Positions 28,352 through 37,849 are shown, counted from the first letter of the stretch. The stretch is 59,301 bases of DNA from an uncultured Gammaproteobacteria bacterium (GCA_964349395.1 CAYGGA010000004.1:1-59301); one strand, 5' to 3'. Translations and numbers: made by a program. Notes: a model not told the origin generated them from the letters alone.

Positions 28352-29083
28352 ATGTCTGATTTGTCACCTAGGCAGCAAGAAATTTTAAGAGCCGTGATTG
28401 ATGAGTATATCTCTACTGCTGAGCCAGTAGGGTCAGAAAAAATTGTGGAGAAATACAATCTGGATGTTTCTCCCGCTACCGTGAGAAATGAAATGGTGGA
28501 TTTGACTGAACTTGCTTATTTAAAACAGCCACACACATCAGCCGGTAGGATCCCAACTCCCATGGCTTTGAAGTTTTACATTAATTCACTAATGAAAGAA
28601 ACTCAGCTTTCAGTTCGGGATGAGGTATCTATAAAAGAAGAACTTTGGGATCGGAGATTTGAATTTGATCGTCTGATGAGACTAGTGGCGCGTAAACTGG
28701 CCGAGCAGACTGGGTCACTCGCGGTGGCTATCAATGAAGATGGTGACGTCTATGCCGCCGGGGCAGCCTCCATGCTGGACATGCCGGAATTTTATGACAT
28801 TGATCTGACCAAGACGATTTTAACCATGCTGGATGGTGAGGATTTACTTGCTGCAATACTAGCTCGGGCAGTGGGTGAAGACTCGGTCCATGTATTGCTG
28901 GGAGACGAACTTGGGATGGAGTATTTAGAGCCGTGCGGATTTGTCTTTGCTCACTTCGGCGCCGGCAAGAAACACTCCGGCAGTATTGGAATCATTGGCC
29001 CTGCAAGGATGAGGTACGCGCGTGTGATCCCGACGGTCAGATATTTCAGTGATTTGCTAGGGGAAATGAGTGGTAGCTGGTAA
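28352..29083 (+). CDS. hrcA: Heat-inducible transcription repressor HrcA (short)
   Basis: RQQEIL...YISTAEPVGS, SPATVRNEM, PHTSAGRIPT, GIIGPARM. Confidence 0.93.
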   Translation: MSDLSPRQQEILRAVIDEYISTAEPVGSEKIVEKYNLDVSPATVRNEMVDLTELAYLKQPHTSAGRIPTPMALKFYINSLMKETQLSVRDEVSIKEELWDRRFEFDRLMRLVARKLAEQTGSLAVAINEDGDVYAAGAASMLDMPEFYDIDLTKTILTMLDGEDLLAAILARAVGEDSVHVLLGDELGMEYLEPCGFVFAHFGAGKKHSGSIGIIGPARMRYARVIPTVRYFSDLLGEMSGSW

Positions 29084-29085
29084 AA

Positions 29086-29523
29086 ATGTCTAAAGGAATG
29101 CAGAAATTGGAAGAGGAAATAAAAGATCTCAAAGCTAGATTGCTGCGCACCTTAGCTGATTATGATAATTTGCAAAAAAGGGCGTTGAGTGAAAAAGAGA
29201 ATTTAGTTAAAAGAGCTAGCTTAAATTTACTTGGGGATATCCTGCCGTTAGTAGATTTGATTAAAAAAGCACAAGAGAATTTAAACGACCCCGCATTAGA
29301 ATTGGTGGTCAAAAATTTTGAGGAGCTGTTTAAAAAAGAAGGTTTAGAAAAAATAGGTGAAGTAGGGGAGGAGTTTGATCCTGCTTTTCATGAGGTAGTA
29401 ACCGTGGTTGCGGGGAGCGACGTGGGCAAAATTGCCGAAGTCATCTCGCCTGGATACAAAGCCGGGGAGTGGGTAGTCAGACCAGCAATGGTAAAGGTAG
29501 TACAAAAAAATGATAAAAATTAG
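29086..29523 (+). CDS. grpE: Nucleotide exchange factor GrpE
   Basis: LRTLADYDNLQKR, FDPAFHEVV, GY...VRPAMV. Confidence 0.92.
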   Translation: MSKGMQKLEEEIKDLKARLLRTLADYDNLQKRALSEKENLVKRASLNLLGDILPLVDLIKKAQENLNDPALELVVKNFEELFKKEGLEKIGEVGEEFDPAFHEVVTVVAGSDVGKIAEVISPGYKAGEWVVRPAMVKVVQKNDKN

Positions 29524-29788
29524 TTCTCTTCTATGGTCTCTGTTAGCAGGTCTGATTGTGAGTTCGGTTAGCTATTTCTATATTACCAGGGAAGGCAGCC
29601 ATGGGTTTCCTTTTAGATTTGTGCAAGAAGCCACTCAAAGTGCTTCGGCAACTTTAGACATTGGGGCCAAAGGGTACGAAAAGATTAATTTTAGCTTTTT
29701 AGTTTTTGCACTAGATTTACTTTTTTGGTGGCTGCTCTTTTCAATTGTCTTAGTGGTTATCAAAAATTATGTCTTTAATAAAGATTAA
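29510..29788 (+). CDS. Small 2-TM membrane protein within the dnaK operon
   Basis: Two TM helices with an HGFPF loop; overlaps the grpE stop. Confidence 0.6.
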   Translation: MIKISSLLWSLLAGLIVSSVSYFYITREGSHGFPFRFVQEATQSASATLDIGAKGYEKINFSFLVFALDLLFWWLLFSIVLVVIKNYVFNKD

Positions 29789-29793
29789 CCATT

Positions 29794-29867
29794 TGTCATT
29801 GCGAGCTTTAGCGAAGCAATCTCGACCTAAAGGGATTGCCACGGAACTAAAGTTCCGCGCAATGACA
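29794..29867. repeat. RPE-like palindromic repeat, family 1, copy 2
   Basis: TGTCATTGCGAGCTTTAGCGAAGCAATCTC...GATTGCCACG...CGCAATGACA. Confidence 0.85.
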
Positions 29868-29884
29868 TTAAAGGAGGAAAAATT

Positions 29885-31777
29885 ATGGGAAAAATTTTAG
29901 GAATAGATTTAGGAACTACTAATTCAGTGATGGCGGTCATGGAGGGTGGTAAACCCAAAGTGATCCATAGCTCTGAGGGAGAAAATATTATCCCATCGGT
30001 AGTTGACCCAGTTAAAAAAATTGTGGGCCGAGCTGCTAAAAGACAGGCGGTCTTAAATCCCAAAAGCACTATTTTTTCCATCAAAAGATTGATGGGCCGC
30101 AAGAACTCTGACAGTCAGGTCCAAGAGGATAGAAAATGGCTTCCCTATGAAATCGTTGCGGGGCAAAACGGTATGGCCGCAGTTAAAATCGAGGATAAAG
30201 TGCTTACTCCCCAAGAAATCTCGGCCCAGATTTTGCAGAAGATAAAAACCGACAGCGAAAGCTACTTAGGTGAAAAAGTCACTGAGGCGGTGATCACCGT
30301 GCCAGCTTATTTTGATGACGCCCAAAGACAAGCTACTAAACAAGCAGGAGAGATCGCCGGGTTTGAGGTGAAAAGAATCATCAATGAACCTACCGCGGCG
30401 GCTTTAGCTTACGGACTGGACAAAAGTAAAGCTCATACGATTATGGTTTATGATTTGGGTGGTGGTACTTTTGACGTCTCCGTACTAGAACTGGGAGAAG
30501 GTGTTTTTGAGGTAAAATCTACCTCAGGAGATACCCACTTAGGTGGGGACGATTTTGACCAAAGAGTCATTGATTTTTTGATCGAGGAGTTCAAAAAGGA
30601 CCAAGGAGTGGACCTCAGAGGTGACAAACAAGCTCTGCAGAGACTTCGAGACAGCAGTGAGAAAGCTAAGATTGAGCTTTCCAGTACCCAAGAAACCAAA
30701 ATCTCTATTCCTTATCTGACAGCGGATTCAACCGGACCCAAACATCTGGATGTCACTTTAACTCGAGCCAAACTCGAGCAGCTGACCCAAGATTTAGTTG
30801 ATAAGACTTTCGAAGCTGTTAAGACAGCTTTAAAAGATGCTGGGGTTACTAAAGAAAAAATCGATGAGATTGTTTTTGTTGGTGGTCAGACGAGAATGCC
30901 GAAGATCTTTGACGAAGTCAAAAGCTTTTTTTCTAAAGAACCGCACCGCGGTATTAATCCGGACGAGGTTGTCGCTATTGGCGCGGCTATCCAAGGAGGA
31001 GTGCTAGCCGGAGAAGTTAAAGACGTTTTACTGTTAGATGTCACCCCACTTTCTTTAGGGATTGAGACTTTGGGTGATGTGAGCACGGTTCTTATTCCCA
31101 AAAATACGACTATTCCGACTGCCAAAACTGAAACTTTTTCGACTGCCTCTGATAACCAACCCGGAGTAGAGGTCCATGTCCTGCAGGGTGAGCGCGGTAT
31201 GGCCGCAGACAATAAATCTCTAGGGAGATTTAATCTCGATGGGATTCCACCCGCTCCTCGGGGTGTGCCCCAAATTGAGGTGACTTTTGATATTGACGCC
31301 AATGGTATCTTAAATGTTCATGCCAAAGATAAAGCGACTGGTAAAGAACAAAAAATCACCATCACTGGTTCGACTGGTTTAAGTAGCGAAGAGGTCGAAA
31401 AAATGACCCAAGATGCTGAAGCAAACGCTTCTGAAGATCAAAAGAAAAAAGAGACAATTGAAGCTCGTAATTTCGCTGATAATTTAGTTTACCAAGCAGA
31501 AAAGGCCTTGAAAGAAGCTGGGGAAAAAGTGCCCACCGAAGTTAAAACCGAGGTTGAAGACAAGATTAAAAATCTAAAAGAGAAAGTCGCAACCGCGGAG
31601 CTGGAAGAACTAAAGACACTAACTCAAGAGCTAAGCACCAGTCTCCAAAAAGTCGGGGCCAGTATGTATGAGCAAAAACCTCCTGAAGGCACTGCCGAAA
31701 AAACTGAACCAACTGAAAATAAACCCGTGGAAGGTGAGATTATGGACGACCCCAAAGCAGAAGCTAAACCTTCCTAA
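29885..31777 (+). CDS. dnaK: Chaperone DnaK
   Basis: [39 protein letters not shown]. Confidence 0.98.
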   Translation: MGKILGIDLGTTNSVMAVMEGGKPKVIHSSEGENIIPSVVDPVKKIVGRAAKRQAVLNPKSTIFSIKRLMGRKNSDSQVQEDRKWLPYEIVAGQNGMAAVKIEDKVLTPQEISAQILQKIKTDSESYLGEKVTEAVITVPAYFDDAQRQATKQAGEIAGFEVKRIINEPTAAALAYGLDKSKAHTIMVYDLGGGTFDVSVLELGEGVFEVKSTSGDTHLGGDDFDQRVIDFLIEEFKKDQGVDLRGDKQALQRLRDSSEKAKIELSSTQETKISIPYLTADSTGPKHLDVTLTRAKLEQLTQDLVDKTFEAVKTALKDAGVTKEKIDEIVFVGGQTRMPKIFDEVKSFFSKEPHRGINPDEVVAIGAAIQGGVLAGEVKDVLLLDVTPLSLGIETLGDVSTVLIPKNTTIPTAKTETFSTASDNQPGVEVHVLQGERGMAADNKSLGRFNLDGIPPAPRGVPQIEVTFDIDANGILNVHAKDKATGKEQKITITGSTGLSSEEVEKMTQDAEANASEDQKKKETIEARNFADNLVYQAEKALKEAGEKVPTEVKTEVEDKIKNLKEKVATAELEELKTLTQELSTSLQKVGASMYEQKPPEGTAEKTEPTENKPVEGEIMDDPKAEAKPS

Positions 31778-31780
31778 TCC

Positions 31781-31843
31781 ATGGCCACTAAGAGGGACTT
31801 AGTTCACGAAGTAGGCGCAGGATTTTTAAAATATGGATACTAA
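31781..31843 (+). pseudogene. Out-of-frame duplicate or remnant of the dnaJ 5' end (MATKRD...)
   Basis: ATG GCC ACT AAG AGG GAC..ACGAAGT parallels ATG GAT ACT AAA AAA TCC TAC TACGAAGT 52 nt downstream; 20-codon ORF. Confidence 0.5.
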
Positions 31844-32921
31844 AAAATCCTACTACGAAGTTTTAGGTGTCAGTAAGACAGCTTCCAGTGAGGATATTAA
31901 GAAAGCATATCGAAATCTTGCGCGCAAACACCACCCGGACGTCGATAAATCCCCTGACAGTGGCACCAAATTCAAAGAAATAAATGAAGCTTACCAAGTT
32001 TTATCGGACCCTCAGAAAAAAAGTGCCTATGACCAGTTTGGCCACAGTGCTTTTTCACCGGGTGGGGGACCTGGTCGCAGTTCGGGTAGTTATCAGACCT
32101 ACAATTGGGAGGATCTAGGAGGCTTTCGTGATCCTTTTGAGATTTTTGAAGAATTTTTTGGTGGCAGAGGTTTTGCAGGAAGTACCCGCACTTCTAGAAA
32201 TCGTGGCGAAGATTTACATTTTGAAATCACCTTACCTTTTTCCGAGGCTATTTTTGGGGTAGAAAAAAAAGTTACAGTTGATAAATATGTGGCCTGTACC
32301 AACTGCCTGGGTAGTGGTAAGACTAAAGATAGTGTCGAAAATACCTGTTCTCAGTGTAGTGGTCGTGGAGAAATAAGTGGTAGCACCCAAACTATTTTTG
32401 GTAATTTTGCCACTCGCCAAGTCTGCCCCACTTGCAATGGGGTTGGTAAAACGGTCAAAAATCCTTGTTCTAAATGTAGGGGTTCAGGACGAATAAAAGA
32501 CCGAGTCGAGATTACCTTGAAAATACCCGCTGGGGTAGATGATGGTCAGACGATCCGTTTTCCTACTCTTGGGAACATGGGTGGAAAAGGGGAAAGTGCT
32601 GGAGATTTGTATCTCCAAGTTCATGTTTTAGGTGATAAAAACTTTCAGCGCGACGGGAACAATATTTACTGCACTTTACCGATCAGTATGACCCAAGCTG
32701 CTATTGGCGACGTTATTTCCGTACCCACAGTGGATGGGGAAGTAAACCTAAAAATTCCCGCGGGGACTCAGCCTGAGACTGAGTTTAGACTCACTGGTCA
32801 TGGCGCCACTGTTCTGGGTACCAAGAACAGAGGTGACCAAATTGTTAAAGTGAAGGTTCAGATTCCATCCAAATTGAGTAGAAGACAACAAGAGATCCTT
32901 AAAGAATTTGAAGATAGTTAG
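31833..32921 (+). CDS. dnaJ: Chaperone DnaJ
   Basis: YYEVLG, HPD, four CxxCxGxG repeats. Confidence 0.97.
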   Translation: MDTKKSYYEVLGVSKTASSEDIKKAYRNLARKHHPDVDKSPDSGTKFKEINEAYQVLSDPQKKSAYDQFGHSAFSPGGGPGRSSGSYQTYNWEDLGGFRDPFEIFEEFFGGRGFAGSTRTSRNRGEDLHFEITLPFSEAIFGVEKKVTVDKYVACTNCLGSGKTKDSVENTCSQCSGRGEISGSTQTIFGNFATRQVCPTCNGVGKTVKNPCSKCRGSGRIKDRVEITLKIPAGVDDGQTIRFPTLGNMGGKGESAGDLYLQVHVLGDKNFQRDGNNIYCTLPISMTQAAIGDVISVPTVDGEVNLKIPAGTQPETEFRLTGHGATVLGTKNRGDQIVKVKVQIPSKLSRRQQEILKEFEDS

Positions 32922-32925
32922 CAAT

Positions 32926-33021
32926 TGTTATATTTCACGTTTTTTATAAAAATTAGCCTCAAAGTTTTCTGGATAAAAAATCTGAGGCTAAGAAAATTCA
33001 CTTTTTCAGTAAAATAGGACA
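32926..33021. repeat. About 96-bp palindromic element, copy 1 (MITE-like)
   Basis: TGTTATATTTCAC...TTAGCCTCA/TGAGGCTAA...GTAAAATAGGACA; direct repeat of 33474-33573. Confidence 0.8.
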
Positions 33022-33022
33022 C

Positions 33023-33124
33023 TTGTGTCTAGGTGTTGCGCTGGGGCTATCTCGGGTAGAAATGGACAACCTGCTGTACGCCGCCGACTACAAGCCCATC
33101 ACCCTGCCGCAGTCAGTGCGGTAG
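33023..33124 (+). pseudogene. 3' fragment of a probable XRE/HTH regulator gene
   Basis: Hand-translated LCLGVALGLSRVEMDNLLYAADYKPITLPQSVR*; GC3-rich; begins at the edge of the repeat; stop abuts that of the convergent ORF. Confidence 0.45.
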
Positions 33125-33382
33125 TCATCGGGTAGGCTGACTGGCCCGTCCTCCTCGCTTTTCTGCAGAGCCGCTGGTCTTCCATTGCCAAATTTGTCGT
33201 ACGACTAGCCAGATAAGAACCACAATCGACCAGGCACCCGATAATAGGAGAACCAAATACGCTGTAAGTCCTCCGGAATGTTCCTGCATGACGAGGAAGA
33301 AAAAGAGGCCAATAAGTGCTAGCCATATTCCGTAGATAATGGTGCTCACTATTCTTGAAAGAGACATAACTCTCATAAACAT
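33125..33382 (-). CDS. Small 2-TM orphan membrane protein (85 aa)
   Basis: Two hydrophobic helices with a basic C-tail; lies between the two repeats. Confidence 0.6.
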   Translation of the reverse strand: MFMRVMSLSRIVSTIIYGIWLALIGLFFFLVMQEHSGGLTAYLVLLLSGAWSIVVLIWLVVRQIWQWKTSGSAEKRGGRASQPTR

Positions 33383-33473
33383 ACAAGCGTCATAGTCAGC
33401 TTGTCAAATATCACCCATTTTAAGAAGGTCATTAGGCCCATTTTAGTGGAATCACAAATCAACGCAGTCAATG

Positions 33474-33573
33474 TGTCATATTTCACGTTTTTTATAAAAA
33501 ATTTAGCCTCAAAGTTTTCATTGCATGAAAAATCTGAGGCTAAAAAAATTCAGTTTTTCAGTGAGATATGACA
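33474..33573. repeat. 100-bp palindromic element, copy 2, with 13-bp terminal inverted repeats
   Basis: Ends TGTCATATTTCAC / GTGAGATATGACA (12 of 13 complementary); internal TAGCCTCA/TGAGGCTA stem. Confidence 0.8.
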
Positions 33574-33637
33574 GAGACAAAATTAAAACAAGCACCTGCA
33601 GGTTTAAAAACAGGGAAATTTAAAGGAGTTAAAGAGA

Positions 33638-33892
33638 TTAATTAGTTCTGAAGGCGCGGACCACTGCTAAGAGTATAACTGAGCCAAGCATAGCTACAAT
33701 CAATGAGTAGAGATTGAAGCCCACTGTACCTGGACCACCTAAAATTGTAATTACAAATCCACCGACCAAAGCACCCATTACTCCGACAATAATATCAAAG
33801 ATGGGTCCTTGCTCTTCATGCATAATCATAGACGCAATCCAACCAGCCATAGCACCAAAGACAATCCACATGACAAATTCCACCACTACCAC
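33638..33892 (-). CDS. GlsB/YeaQ/YmgE family (transglycosylase-associated) membrane protein
   Basis: WIVFGAMAGWIAS...DIIVGVMGALVGG...GSVILL; AGGAGGT SD. Confidence 0.9.
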   Translation of the reverse strand: MVVVEFVMWIVFGAMAGWIASMIMHEEQGPIFDIIVGVMGALVGGFVITILGGPGTVGFNLYSLIVAMLGSVILLAVVRAFRTN

Positions 33893-33999
33893 CTCCTAAC
33901 TAACAATCAGTAATATATATTATGTTACAGTAATAATATAATGCTACTTGGTTAGTTGTAAAGGACCAACCAAGCTAAACTTTGTGACTAGCTCACTAC

Positions 34000-34028
34000 T
34001 TGACCTTAGAGGCTCTTAGAGTTATACT
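34000..34028 (+). promoter_or_regulatory. Sigma70 promoter of the nusA-infB operon
   Basis: TTGACC-17 nt-TATACT. Confidence 0.75.
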
Positions 34029-34058
34029 CGCCTTACTAGTTAGATTACGACGATTTAG

Positions 34059-34081
34059 AAGTGGGTTTGCGCCCACTTTTT
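34059..34081 (+). promoter_or_regulatory. rimP-leader-like terminator hairpin
   Basis: AAGTGGG-TTTGCG-CCCACTT-TTT in the nusA leader; resembles the GUGGG/CCCAC leader known upstream of rimP-nusA-infB. Confidence 0.7.
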
Positions 34082-34092
34082 AAATATTAAAA

Positions 34093-34165
34093 GTAATAAG
34101 AGATAAGAGAAAAGCGATAAGAAGTGAATGAAATTTCTTTTCGCCTATTGCTTCTCGCTTATTGC
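34093..34165. repeat. Heptamer-repeat hairpin upstream of nusA
   Basis: TAATAAG-AGATAAG-AGAAAAG-CGATAAG followed by complementary TTTTCGC-CTATTGC-TTCTCGC-TTATTGC. Confidence 0.55.
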
Positions 34166-34180
34166 CAAAAGGAGTTATAC

Positions 34181-35452
34181 ATGGCCCTTAGAACTGAATT
34201 TGCAGCCGCACTAAATCAAGCCGCTTCCGAGCGGGGTATTGACGTGGAGGAGATTGTTTCCATCATGCAGGAAGCCATCAAGGCGGCTTACCGAAAGGAT
34301 TTTGGTGGGGAATTAGAGAATTTAGAAGTAACTCTAGATGATAGTAGTGGGGAAGCGAGAGTTTTTGAAGATGGCAAAGATGTCACCCCGGGTGGTTTTG
34401 GGAGAATTGCCGCCCAAACTGCCAAACAAGTGCTATTGCAAAGAATCAGGGAAGCAGAAAAAACCGCTATTTTGACAGAATTTGAAAAAAGAGTAGGTAC
34501 GATTATCAATGGTATGATCCAGAGGATTGAAGGACCAAATATTGTAGTCGACTTGGGTAAAACCGAAGGGCTGATGCCGCAAAGTGACCAATCTCAAGGT
34601 GAAAGCTATCGTTTAAATCAAAGACTCAAATTTTATATTGTTGGTATTAAGGAAGGCCCTCGGGGCCAAGACATCTTAGTCTCGCGCGCTCACAAAGGGT
34701 TAGTCGAAGGACTTTTCAAACTAGAAGTGCCGGAGATTGGTTCTGGCATCGTGGAAGTAAAAGCAGTAAGTCGGGAAGCGGGAGTGCGCTCCAAAGTAGC
34801 AGTTTCTTCGAAACAAGCTGGAGTGGATCCGGTGGGTAGTTGTGTAGGTCAAAAAGGGGTTCGGGTCCAAGCCGTGATTGCTGAACTTGGCAATGAAAAA
34901 ATTGATGTAATCCAGTACTCCGAAGAGACTTCTAAATTTATTTCGGCCGCTCTTTCTCCGGCCAAAGTGGACAACGTGAAGCTGGAAGAAGAGGGAAAAA
35001 CCGCCCATGTAGAAGTACCGGAAGATCAGCTCTCTTTAGCAATTGGAAAAGATGGACAGAATGTGCGCCTCGCGGCCAAACTCACTGGCTGGAGGATTGA
35101 CATCCAGGGTGCGAATGTCATTGCGAGCAATAGCGCGGCAATCTTAAAGCAGGAAGAGGAAGTTAAAGAGAAAAAAACTAAGAAGAGTGTGAAGGCTAAG
35201 AAAATCGATAAAGTAGAAAAAGAACCAAAAAAGAAGGTTGCTAAGAAAACAACTAAAACCAAAAAGAAAGATGAAGAGATCACCACGGCTTCGACTGACA
35301 GCCAGCCTCGTGATGACAAGGATACAAGTGAACCAAAAGATGAACAGGAAGAAAAAGTTGAAGCTGCTTTGGAGGCCCAAGAAGAAGAAAAAGCCTCCGG
35401 GGACACTGAGGAGCAGTTAAAAGTTATTGAGGATGGTCAGAAAAATGGCTAA
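34181..35452 (+). CDS. nusA: Transcription factor NusA with long Lys/Glu-rich C-tail
   Basis: FGRIAAQTAKQV, S1 and KH domains, REAGVRSKVAV, LAIGKDGQNVRLA; AAGGAG SD before ATG 34181. Confidence 0.96.
   Translation: MALRTEFAAALNQAASERGIDVEEIVSIMQEAIKAAYRKDFGGELENLEVTLDDSSGEARVFEDGKDVTPGGFGRIAAQTAKQVLLQRIREAEKTAILTEFEKRVGTIINGMIQRIEGPNIVVDLGKTEGLMPQSDQSQGESYRLNQRLKFYIVGIKEGPRGQDILVSRAHKGLVEGLFKLEVPEIGSGIVEVKAVSREAGVRSKVAVSSKQAGVDPVGSCVGQKGVRVQAVIAELGNEKIDVIQYSEETSKFISAALSPAKVDNVKLEEEGKTAHVEVPEDQLSLAIGKDGQNVRLAAKLTGWRIDIQGANVIASNSAAILKQEEEVKEKKTKKSVKAKKIDKVEKEPKKKVAKKTTKTKKKDEEITTASTDSQPRDDKDTSEPKDEQEEKVEAALEAQEEEKASGDTEEQLKVIEDGQKNG
35117..35317 (+). repeat. Family-1 RPE-like repeat split and embedded in frame in nusA
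   Basis: Left arm GTCATTGCGAGCAATAGCGCGGCAATCT (24 of 28 identical to the copy at 29795); right arm GAGATCACCACG...CTCGTGATGAC at 35276-35317. Confidence 0.75.
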
Positions 35453-36908
35453 AGGCGAGTCTGTAACCCAAGTAAAAACTGCCACTCGACCGCCAGTTGT
35501 GACCATCATGGGCCATGTTGATCATGGAAAAACCACTCTTCTAGACAACATTAGAAAAACTCATGTGGCCGATCGTGAGTATGGTGGGATTACCCAACAC
35601 ATCGGTGCTTACCAAGTGGAAGTGAATGGCAAATTAATGACTTTTATTGACACTCCTGGCCATGAAGCATTTGCACAAATGAGAGCTAGAGGGTCCCAAG
35701 TAACTGATATCGTCGTTTTAGTCGTGGCTGCTGATGACTCGGTCATGCCCCAAACCAAAGAATCAATTGCTCATATCCAAGAAGCCAAGGTCCCTTTTGT
35801 AGTCGCGGTCAACAAGATTGATACTCCGGGGGCCAACCTCGAAAGAGTAAAAAAACAGTTATCAGAAAATAGTGTTTTAGTAGAAGGGTACGGGGGTAAT
35901 GTTCCCCTTGTCAGTCTGTCTGCTAAAACTGGAGAGGGGATTAAGGAACTTTTAGAAATTATTCAACTTCTAGCTGACTTAGAAGAGTTGGAAAGTGACC
36001 CTAAGGCCCCTTTTCAAGGGGTAGTGATTGAATCCCAACTTGATAAATTCCGTGGCCCAGTCGCTTCTATATTAGTAAAACAAGGAACTTTGAAATTTGG
36101 CGACCCGTTGATTGCTGGAAATGCCCGAGGGAAAGTTAAAGCACTTATTAATGATAAAGGGGTGCAAGTAAAAGAAGCTCTGCCCAGTGCTCCCGTCGAA
36201 GTTATGGGTTTTAGCCAAGTCCCTCCGGTCGGAACGATTGTAGGTGAGACCACAACTGCGGTTGAGGAAAAGAAAGTGGAGGAAGAAACCCCTACTGATT
36301 TATTTGCGAGCGAGAAACAAGAGCTAAAACTTTTGATGAAAGCTGATCGTTTAGGGTCTTTGGAAGCGCTTGATTACGCCATTAATCAAATTCCAACCGG
36401 AGACTTGAAGGTGAGACTTATTTTGAAAGAAACTGGGGATATTACGGAATCTGATGTATTGCTAGCTGCCTCTTCTAAAGCAATTATCATTGGCTTTAAT
36501 ATCAAAGTTTCCCCCAGTGTGCAGAAACTAGCGGATATTGAAAAAGTAAATATCCGTACCTTTAATGTTATTTACGAACTTCTAGATGAGTTAAAAGATG
36601 GTCTGGAAGTCTTGCTCAAACCAGTAGAGACTGAAGAAATTCTAGGTCAAGCTAAAGTCAAAGCAGTTTTCGAATCTTCCAAAGGACCAGTGGCTGGTTG
36701 TGAAGTAGTCGATGGTAGTCTCAGAAAAGGCGATCTAGCTAGAATTACGCGTAGTGAAGTAGAAATTGGTCAGGGTCGGATCAAATCTCTCAGGTACCAA
36801 AAAGAAGATATTCCTAAAGCTGAGAAGGGGGAAGAGTGCGGTGTCATCTTGGACCCTTCCTTTGAAGTTGCCATTGGTGATATAATCATAGCCATTAAAA
36901 AATTGTAA
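35445..36908 (+). CDS. infB: Translation initiation factor IF-2 (lacking N-terminal domains)
   Basis: [38 protein letters not shown]. Confidence 0.97.
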   Translation: MAKGESVTQVKTATRPPVVTIMGHVDHGKTTLLDNIRKTHVADREYGGITQHIGAYQVEVNGKLMTFIDTPGHEAFAQMRARGSQVTDIVVLVVAADDSVMPQTKESIAHIQEAKVPFVVAVNKIDTPGANLERVKKQLSENSVLVEGYGGNVPLVSLSAKTGEGIKELLEIIQLLADLEELESDPKAPFQGVVIESQLDKFRGPVASILVKQGTLKFGDPLIAGNARGKVKALINDKGVQVKEALPSAPVEVMGFSQVPPVGTIVGETTTAVEEKKVEEETPTDLFASEKQELKLLMKADRLGSLEALDYAINQIPTGDLKVRLILKETGDITESDVLLAASSKAIIIGFNIKVSPSVQKLADIEKVNIRTFNVIYELLDELKDGLEVLLKPVETEEILGQAKVKAVFESSKGPVAGCEVVDGSLRKGDLARITRSEVEIGQGRIKSLRYQKEDIPKAEKGEECGVILDPSFEVAIGDIIIAIKKL

Positions 36909-37018
36909 GGCTATGATTTTTTTGCTTCGCTTTAGCTAAAGCTTGCAAAAATAATTCACGCATTGAAAAATAATCATCGCTATTATTAGTTTAACCCTCT
37001 GCCACTGCCCCCAAAAAC

Positions 37019-37849
37019 ATGCAAGACATAATGAATGAAAACAAATTAAAAGAGTTAATCACGAGTAGTTCTAAAATACTATTAGTTACTCGGGAGCGAC
37101 CGTCAGTTGATGGTTTAGCTAGTATGCTCGCTTTAGGGAATGCCTTAAAAGAGAATCATAAAGTGGTTTTCTTTGCTACCAGTGGCGATATTCCAGAAGA
37201 GGCCAAGAGTCTGCCCGGTATTGAAAATATTTCTAAAGAACTTCAAAGCACCAACTTAATTATTTCTTTTGACTACGTCAGCGGGCAAGTAGAGAAAGTT
37301 AGCTACAATATTGATGGCGATCATTTTAACTTAATTTTAACTGGTAAAGACAGCACCATTGATCCAGATAAGATTGAATTTAAGGAACAAGGGGCAGAAT
37401 TTGATTTAATCATCATTGTGGACACACCCAAGCTTGAATACTTAGGGAAACTTTTGGAACGGGATCAAGATTTGTATGCCAAGCTACCGACGGTGAACAT
37501 TGACTATCACCCGAGCAACACCGGGCATTCGAACTATAAATGGGTAAATGATAATGAACAGTCGACATCGGAGATAGTTTTCGATATAATCTCACTTCTT
37601 GGGTTAGCCTTATCGCGTGAAAGCGCCGAATTACTCCTGGCTGGTATTAAAGATGCAACGAGCAATTTCGCTAAAAACGTGAGTGCGCAGACCCTTGAGA
37701 GAGCGGCTGCTTGTATGCGTGCCTTAGGACAAGTAGATAAAAACCGTGGTAATAGTAGTGAGGAGGATAAAGTTGAAGCTCCTCATCAGAGCCCGGATGA
37801 ATCCTGGTTTGCCCCTAAGATTTATCGCAGTTCTAAAATTATTGAATGA
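37019..37849 (+). CDS. DHH-family phosphoesterase-like protein, degenerate
   Basis: DHH fold signs (DGLASMLAL, IIIVDT, NIDYH); catalytic motifs altered; no DHHA1 domain. Confidence 0.7.
   Translation: MQDIMNENKLKELITSSSKILLVTRERPSVDGLASMLALGNALKENHKVVFFATSGDIPEEAKSLPGIENISKELQSTNLIISFDYVSGQVEKVSYNIDGDHFNLILTGKDSTIDPDKIEFKEQGAEFDLIIIVDTPKLEYLGKLLERDQDLYAKLPTVNIDYHPSNTGHSNYKWVNDNEQSTSEIVFDIISLLGLALSRESAELLLAGIKDATSNFAKNVSAQTLERAAACMRALGQVDKNRGNSSEEDKVEAPHQSPDESWFAPKIYRSSKIIE

Noticed and set aside
31781-31853. Programmed ribosomal bypass (TAC-stop...TAC) joining the short ORF to dnaJ
   Set aside because: A normal in-frame ATG gives a complete J-domain, so hopping is unnecessary and has no independent support.
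33099-33386. 95-aa alternative-frame ORF
   Set aside because: It overlaps the 85-aa ORF, which has a coherent 2-TM topology and abuts the convergent fragment.
27464-33573. Integron attC cassette array
   Set aside because: The hairpins lack RYYYAAC/GTTRRRY boxes and no intI is present in the window; kept only as an analogy.
32926-33573. CRISPR array
   Set aside because: Only two ~100-bp repeats with a ~450-bp coding spacer; no cas genes.
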